This document shows positions 58,567 to 64,000 of a DNA stretch of 64,000 nt, one piece after another; the first letter of the stretch is position 1, and every line of letters begins with the position of its first letter. The stretch is from Candidatus Aminicenantes bacterium (GTDB taxonomy: Bacteria; Acidobacteriota; Aminicenantia; Aminicenantales; Saccharicenantaceae), in contig CAWEJF010000013.1 in the NCBI GenBank assembly GCA_963809345.1, forward strand, positions 57,155-121,154. Reading direction: 5' to 3'. The notes beneath the pieces are model-generated. The model did not search any database, was not told where the DNA came from, and saw nothing but the letters and a program-made list of their open reading frames with translations. The position numbers were made by a program, and so were the translations under genes.

Positions 58567-60927
58567 TTACCTTTTCTCCATGAACCCGGCGACCCGGCCG
58601 AGCGCGACGAGCCCGGCCAGGAAGAGGAGGGCGCCGGCGACCAACGCGCAGACGGCCAGGACGACCTTGAGGGCCGGCCGGACGATGAACGACAGGCCGA
58701 AGATGCGCTGGAAGATCCCGCCGAGACCCATGAAGGCGGCCGCCGAGCGCTTCTCCACGCGTGCTGTCAGCAGAGGGCCCATGCCCTTGAGCCTGGTGAA
58801 GAAGAAATCGGAGCCGCCGCTATGGCAGTCCGTGCAGCCGTTCCAGCCGAGCGATTGCTGGGCCGGCCGGACGTTGTGGGCCAGGGGCCAGGTCACGGGC
58901 CCGGCGGCCTTGTCCTTGCCGACGACGAGCTTGCCGCTCTTGTCGATCCGGAAGAGCCGGCCGCCGGAGAGGTAGACGGGATCGCCGCGCGGGATCGCTT
59001 TTGTCAGCGCCTCGAGGACGAGGGCGACCTGTTCCTCCGTGAGGGTCTGTTCCGTCCCCGCCTTTGCGGTCACGGTCCGGACATCGAAGTCCGTGGCCAG
59101 GGGAACGACTTTCCCATCGCGAAGCCAGCCGGGACGGGCAGCCCCGGCCGCCTCGGCCGGAGCTTCGGTGATATCGAGATAGCCTCCGGCGATCCGGTAC
59201 ATCGTTTTCCTGACGACGATCACCGGCTCACCGGGCTTGGCCCCGACCGTGCCGAGCGCCTGAAGGAATTCCTGGAACCGCGTCTCCACAGCCGGGTCCT
59301 TATCGCCCGCGGCCGGGTCGAAATCCGGCACCAGGGACAGCACCTCGGCGCCCTTGGCGATCCCCCAAAAGGCCGGCACGTCCGCCTTCGCCCCGGTCCG
59401 CTTGGCCGCGTCGAGGCCGGCGTCGACGTTCGGGGTGAACACGATCTCGCCGGACACGAGGACCGGCGTTTCATCCTCGGCCATGACCTGGCTCAGGGCG
59501 ATGAGGACCTGGGCGATGTGCTCTTCGGGCTTGAGGAGATCGCCCGCCGCGGCCTCGACCTCGGCCGGCTTCAGCGGGACAAGGTTCTTGTCGACCCGGC
59601 GGGCCCAGAAGGCCGGCCAGACGAGCCGCTGCGGCGAGATCTTATGTCCGTCATCCTTCTTATAGACGGGCTCGATGATCGCGGGGGTGTCCGTGGACCA
59701 GGTCGCGACGCCGTAGATCCCGAGCCGGTTGGCCCGCGACGTCCGGACGCGCGTAAACCCTTCCTGCGGTTTCGGGCCCGAGTGGCAGACCGTGCAGGAC
59801 AGCCTCTTGAAGTGGACGAGCGGAATGCCCGTGTGCTTGGGGTAGGGCGCACCGAGGCGGCCCGGCACGACCGACTTCTCTCCCTCGGCGTTCTCGCCGA
59901 GATGGCAGCCCCGGCAAGTGAAGGACTCCGCCGTCCGGTTGCCCGTCTCGGCGGCCTCACCCTCGTAGCCGCGGAGGATGGCGTGACCGAGATCGTTCCT
60001 GTGGCAATCCGTGCACTTCAGGCCGGCCGTAGCGTGAACGTCGGCGTCGGCGCTCCACATGGCCGCGTCCTTCGGCGAGACCGAATGACAGGTCAGGCAG
60101 CGCTCGTTGGAAGGCTGGTAGTTCAGGTCGAAAAAGTAGCGGTGCTTGGAGTCGAAATCGACCGTCCGGTACCTGACGGACGGCACGACGGCCCATTCGT
60201 GATCGTCGAGGTTGGGGCCGTCGTAGATGTCCCACGTTTCCTTGAGACGGGAGGCCATGCCGCCGACCTCGCCGACGCCGCCGGCCGCGGTGGCCGCCCA
60301 GCGCAGGTTCTCGCGGAGGACCTGCTTGGCCCATTCGCTGTGGTCCTGCCGTCCCGAGCGGTTGTGGCAGGCGAGACAGTTGACCTCGGCCTTGCCGGAG
60401 ACGCTCCAGCGGGCCTCGGGATGGTCCGCGACCTCCTCGTCCGAGGGTTCGGCCGGGCCGCCGCCGGGCAGGCTCCTGCCGAAGAGGACGGTGAAGTCCC
60501 AGGCCGTCAGCCCCACGGCTTCGGGAGCGAAGGTCCCCGGCCACTTCCTGTAGGACAGGGGCAGGACCGTCCCCGTTTTCGGATCGACCTGGAGCCAGGG
60601 CTCGCCCGGCCGGCCGCTCTCGGCGGCCGTCATGGCGCCGAAGTGCCAGCCGTTCCGGATCTTCGTGTAATCGTGGCAAGGCCCGCAGGTGAAGCGGGCC
60701 GAATAGGGCAGGGGGTCGGTTTCCGTCGGGATGATGGGCTCGTCGTTCTCGTCGCGCAGGGGAATGAGGTGGGCCGGGAGCGTCCGGTTGCCGTCCCAGG
60801 TGACGAGCTTTTGGGCCCGGGCGGCTTCCGGCGCGGCTGTCTGGCCCAATGCGCCCGCGGCGAGGATGAGGACGGCGGCCAGCGCGCCGCCGAAGGCCTC
60901 GAGAGAGGTCCGTCCGGCGCGGCTCAT
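58567..60927 (-). CDS. Multihaem c-type cytochrome (7 CxxCH motifs) with N-terminal signal peptide and C-terminal TM anchor
   Basis: CxxCH motifs: CGPCH, CLACH, CLTCH, CTDCH, CRGCH, CTVCH, CTDCH. Signal peptide and a C-terminal hydrophobic helix. Start ATGA-coupled to the upstream oxidoreductase. Confidence 0.85.
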   Translation of the reverse strand: MSRAGRTSLEAFGGALAAVLILAAGALGQTAAPEAARAQKLVTWDGNRTLPAHLIPLRDENDEPIIPTETDPLPYSARFTCGPCHDYTKIRNGWHFGAMTAAESGRPGEPWLQVDPKTGTVLPLSYRKWPGTFAPEAVGLTAWDFTVLFGRSLPGGGPAEPSDEEVADHPEARWSVSGKAEVNCLACHNRSGRQDHSEWAKQVLRENLRWAATAAGGVGEVGGMASRLKETWDIYDGPNLDDHEWAVVPSVRYRTVDFDSKHRYFFDLNYQPSNERCLTCHSVSPKDAAMWSADADVHATAGLKCTDCHRNDLGHAILRGYEGEAAETGNRTAESFTCRGCHLGENAEGEKSVVPGRLGAPYPKHTGIPLVHFKRLSCTVCHSGPKPQEGFTRVRTSRANRLGIYGVATWSTDTPAIIEPVYKKDDGHKISPQRLVWPAFWARRVDKNLVPLKPAEVEAAAGDLLKPEEHIAQVLIALSQVMAEDETPVLVSGEIVFTPNVDAGLDAAKRTGAKADVPAFWGIAKGAEVLSLVPDFDPAAGDKDPAVETRFQEFLQALGTVGAKPGEPVIVVRKTMYRIAGGYLDITEAPAEAAGAARPGWLRDGKVVPLATDFDVRTVTAKAGTEQTLTEEQVALVLEALTKAIPRGDPVYLSGGRLFRIDKSGKLVVGKDKAAGPVTWPLAHNVRPAQQSLGWNGCTDCHSGGSDFFFTRLKGMGPLLTARVEKRSAAAFMGLGGIFQRIFGLSFIVRPALKVVLAVCALVAGALLFLAGLVALGRVAGFMEKR

Positions 60928-62303
60928 GCTTTATACTGCTCCGGCCGGAACTCCATGATGCGGCGGGCCTTGACCGCTTCGTTGGTCTTGAGGACGGCGA
61001 CGCAGGATTCGTACGCCAGCTCGGCGGGGCAATTGAGCGTCGTGCCGTTCCGCACGGCGTCGAAGAAGTTCTCGAGGTGCGGCTGGTGGGCCGGCTTGGC
61101 CAGCTCGACCGGCAGCGGCCAGCGCCCCGCTTCGGCCGTCACCCGGACGTCGACGTAGATGTTCTTGGTCGTCGATTTCTGGATGGGCACGGCCTCGGAC
61201 TGGAGAAGACCGGCCTTGGCCAAAGAATCCCACTCGGGGGCGTGGGGCTCGCGCATGGCCCAGTTGCCGCGCTGGGGGATCTCGGACAGGACGAGCGAGC
61301 CGTTCTCGCCCATGAAGGTCTCGTAGAAGCCGCCGTGCTGGGTCGTCGTCTGGACCTGGTAGAAGGCGCGGGTCGGTCCCTCCTTCGTCTCGAACTCGTA
61401 GATGGCCATGACATTGTCGTACCATTCCCAGTTCTTGTAATAATCGAGGCCGCCGCTGGCCACGACGGACTTGGGCGGCGCGCCGTGGACCCAGCTGAAG
61501 AGGTCGATCTGGTGGGAGCCCAGGTCGACCATCGGGCCCCCGCCGTACTTCTTGTACAGGCGCCAGTTGCGGAACTCGGTCATGGAGCCGTAGCCATACT
61601 TGTCGAGCGTGGCCTGGTCGATGGCGTACTTCTCCGGCCAGCCCAGGAGGTCGGCCTTGGCCCTGTTCCACTGGGCATAGGCGACGGTCACCCGCCCGAG
61701 GAGCCTCTGGTCGCGGATAAGCCGGTCGATGGCGTGGATGTAGCGCGGATTGGAGCGGCGCTGGTGGCCGATCTGGAGGAGCTTGCCGGTCGCGCGGGCC
61801 GTGAGGACCATGGACCGGGCCTTGTCGAGCGAGTTCGACATCTCCTTTTCGCAGTAGACCGGCAGCCCGGCCCGGAGAAAGGCGTTGGTCTGCTCGGCGT
61901 GGACCCAGTCGGGGGTCGCGACGATGGCCGCATGGAGGCCTTTTTCGGAGGCCAGGAGGTCGCGGTATTCCTCATAGACGTTGGCGAGGTGGCCGTATTT
62001 CTTGAGGTAGTTCCCGGTGTACTGGCGGCTGTACGACCAGATGTCGCAGATGGCGACGATGCGGACCGAAGGAATGCGCAACATCGACTCGATGAGCACC
62101 CGGCCCTGGGCGCCGCAGCCGATGACGGCCACGCGGAGCTCGTCGGCGCTCTTGCCGCCGGCCGGCGCGGGCGCGGCCTGCGGCAGGCCCTGAGCGAAGG
62201 CCGACCCGGCCAGGGCGGCGCCGAGCCCGGCCGTGGCCGAAGATCTGAGGAAATCCCGGCGGCTGATCCGCTTCGCCGCAGGCGTCTGGACTGCACTGCC
62301 CAT
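60924..62303 (-). CDS. Gfo/Idh/MocA-family oxidoreductase with a Tat signal (periplasmic dehydrogenase)
   Basis: SRRDFLRSSATAGLGAALAGSAFA Tat signal. Rossmann IGCGAQG. Gfo/Idh/MocA C-terminal domain. Confidence 0.85.
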   Translation of the reverse strand: MGSAVQTPAAKRISRRDFLRSSATAGLGAALAGSAFAQGLPQAAPAPAGGKSADELRVAVIGCGAQGRVLIESMLRIPSVRIVAICDIWSYSRQYTGNYLKKYGHLANVYEEYRDLLASEKGLHAAIVATPDWVHAEQTNAFLRAGLPVYCEKEMSNSLDKARSMVLTARATGKLLQIGHQRRSNPRYIHAIDRLIRDQRLLGRVTVAYAQWNRAKADLLGWPEKYAIDQATLDKYGYGSMTEFRNWRLYKKYGGGPMVDLGSHQIDLFSWVHGAPPKSVVASGGLDYYKNWEWYDNVMAIYEFETKEGPTRAFYQVQTTTQHGGFYETFMGENGSLVLSEIPQRGNWAMREPHAPEWDSLAKAGLLQSEAVPIQKSTTKNIYVDVRVTAEAGRWPLPVELAKPAHQPHLENFFDAVRNGTTLNCPAELAYESCVAVLKTNEAVKARRIMEFRPEQYKA

Positions 62304-62472
62304 GGTGTCACTCCTGCCTCGGTTGAGACCGGCCCATCATACTATAAAATGGCCCTCCCGAAGAAAAAAACGGAATTGACTTCGCCCTCTGGCGGATTTA
62401 TCATTCCCCCGCGCTGGCGTGCCCGGCCCCGAACAATGGGACCGCTCGAGCGCGCCCAGGGAGGGGGAGCCC

Positions 62473-64000
62473 ATGCGGTGTCCTCATTGCCAATTCGAGA
62501 ATCAGGCTGATACCCGCTTTTGCGGCAACTGTGCCGCACTCCTCCGCCCCGGCCCGGGCGCCGCGACACCCTCCTCCCCGTCGATGACGACGCCCCTGCC
62601 GTCGCCGGGTTCCCCGACCATGACGGCCCATATCATTTGCGGGGAGATCGTCCCGGGGGCCGAGTTCGCCGGGCGGTACCGGATCCTCGATGAGCTCGGC
62701 CGCGGCGGCATGGGCCGGGTCTACAAGGCCCTGGACCGAGAGATCAGCGAGTCCATCGCCCTCAAGGTCCTCGGGCCCGCGTTCAGCGCCGACGAGAAGA
62801 TGATCGAGCGCTTCCGCAATGAGCTCAAGCTGGCCCGGAGGATCTCCCATAAGAACGTCTGTCGCATCTTCGACCTGGGGAACTGCGAGGGGATCTATTA
62901 CATCACCATGGAGTTCGTCCCGGGCGACAATCTCAAGAGCATCATCCAGATGATGGGTCCGCTTGCCCCGTCCCGGGCCCTGGCGGTCGCCGGACAGGTC
63001 TGCGACGGCCTTGCGGAAGCCCACCGGCTGGGAGTTGTCCATAGGGACCTCAAGTCGTCCAACATCATGATCGATCGCGAGGGAAGCGCCCGGATCATGG
63101 ATTTCGGCATCGCCCGCGCCGCCGAGACCAAGGGCCTCACCGACCGTGGCGCCCTCGTCGGGACGCCCGAGTATATGGCTCCCGAGCAGGTCGAAGGGAC
63201 GGACGTCGATCAGCGGGCCGACATCTACTCCCTCGGCGTCATCCTGTTCGAGATGTCGACGGGGAGGGTGCCCTTCGAGGGCAAGACGCCGCTGAGCGTC
63301 GCCATGCAGCACAAGAGCGCCAAGCCTCCGGACCCCCGCGACCTGAACAGTCAGACGCCGGGTGGTCTGAGCGGGATCATCTCGAAATGCCTGGAGAAGG
63401 ACCCCACGGCCCGCTATCAGAGGATCGAGGACCTTGCCGCCGAGCTCCACGGGGTCGCCGAGGGGCTCACGGATCTCGGAACGGCCAGGCCCCAACCGAC
63501 GACGGCGGGGCTGACGCCCGGAGGCACCCGGATCCTGAACACTATCGCCGTCCTGCCCTTCGCAGACCTCAGCCCCCAGAAAGACCAGGAATATTTCTGC
63601 GAGGGCCTGGCCGAGGAGATTATCACCGCCTTGGCCAAGGTCAGCCACCTCGAGGTGGCGGCCAAGAGCTCGGCCTTTTCGGTCGAGTTCAAGACCATGG
63701 ACATCCGTGAGGTCGGGCGCCGCCTGGGCGTGGCCGCGGTGCTCGAGGGCAGTGTCCGCAAGGTCGAGAACAAGCTCCGCATCACGGCCCAGCTCCTCAA
63801 CGTCTCCACCGGCTACCATCTCTGGTCGGAGAAATTCGATCGGACTTTCGAGGACGTCTTCGCCATCCAGGACGAGATCACATTGGCCATCGTCGACCGG
63901 CTCAGGGTCAAGCTCCTGGGGGACGAGAAGGCCGCCCTCCTCAAGCGGACCACGGACAACCCGGAAGCCTACAATCTCTATCTGAAGGGTCGCTATTTCT
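62473..64000 (+). CDS. Serine/threonine protein kinase with N-terminal zinc-ribbon and C-terminal TolB-N-like domain, 3'-partial
   Basis: RBS gaggggga. CPHCQFEN...CGNC zinc ribbon. Hanks kinase motifs (VHRDLKSSNIM, DFGIA, GTPEYMAPE). IAVLPFADLSPQKDQEYFCEGLAEEI TolB-N-like region. Runs off the window, so it is absent from the ORF track. Confidence 0.85.
   Translation, partial: MRCPHCQFENQADTRFCGNCAALLRPGPGAATPSSPSMTTPLPSPGSPTMTAHIICGEIVPGAEFAGRYRILDELGRGGMGRVYKALDREISESIALKVLGPAFSADEKMIERFRNELKLARRISHKNVCRIFDLGNCEGIYYITMEFVPGDNLKSIIQMMGPLAPSRALAVAGQVCDGLAEAHRLGVVHRDLKSSNIMIDREGSARIMDFGIARAAETKGLTDRGALVGTPEYMAPEQVEGTDVDQRADIYSLGVILFEMSTGRVPFEGKTPLSVAMQHKSAKPPDPRDLNSQTPGGLSGIISKCLEKDPTARYQRIEDLAAELHGVAEGLTDLGTARPQPTTAGLTPGGTRILNTIAVLPFADLSPQKDQEYFCEGLAEEIITALAKVSHLEVAAKSSAFSVEFKTMDIREVGRRLGVAAVLEGSVRKVENKLRITAQLLNVSTGYHLWSEKFDRTFEDVFAIQDEITLAIVDRLRVKLLGDEKAALLKRTTDNPEAYNLYLKGRYF

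Noticed and set aside
62401-63819. 472-aa minus-strand ORF opposite the Ser/Thr kinase
   Set aside because: Antisense artefact. The plus strand encodes canonical Hanks kinase motifs.

Overview
High-GC (about 68%) bacterial chromosomal window. Gene content and the Tat-exported Gfo/Idh/MocA plus multihaem cytochrome loci suggest an Acidobacteriota-like soil bacterium, but taxonomy cannot be fixed from sequence alone. Most of the window is core housekeeping. This includes mltG, ruvX and ddl; a tRNA-Gly/tRNA-Cys pair; the pyrimidine genes pyrF, pyrD and pyrK; an aminotransferase; a rhodanese-DoxX pair; ppdK; pgsA; hflX; miaA; a MacA/ABC efflux pair; suhB; accC and accB; ffh; the rpsP-KH-rimM-trmD-rplS-rnhB ribosomal cluster; gdhA; and apbE. 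Accessory content includes two loci built around Tat-exported Gfo/Idh/MocA oxidoreductases. One is coupled to DUF1080 and ThuA proteins. The other is translationally coupled to a 7-haem c-type cytochrome and a putative cytochrome-b-like membrane protein. There is also an ECF sigma / anti-sigma / secretin-N(STN)-like module. Two observations stand out. (1) A roughly 90-nt GC-rich structured repeat is present in four intergenic copies (three on +, one on -). Three helices are maintained across copies by compensatory base changes, and two copies carry TIR-like ends, so this is a candidate new REP/MITE-like or structured-RNA element family. (2) At least 7 frameshifts are packed into about 2 kb (36.4-38.4 kb). 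They disrupt a TPR protein tail, the secretin-N-like gene, the anti-sigma gene and the ECF sigma gene. One more frameshift lies in a large PEP-utilising-enzyme gene. Every other long gene in the window is intact. Many long ORFs antisense to real genes are high-GC artefacts and were rejected. ORFs that run off the window edge are not in the supplied track and were recovered by hand (1..1017 minus; 62473..64000 plus).
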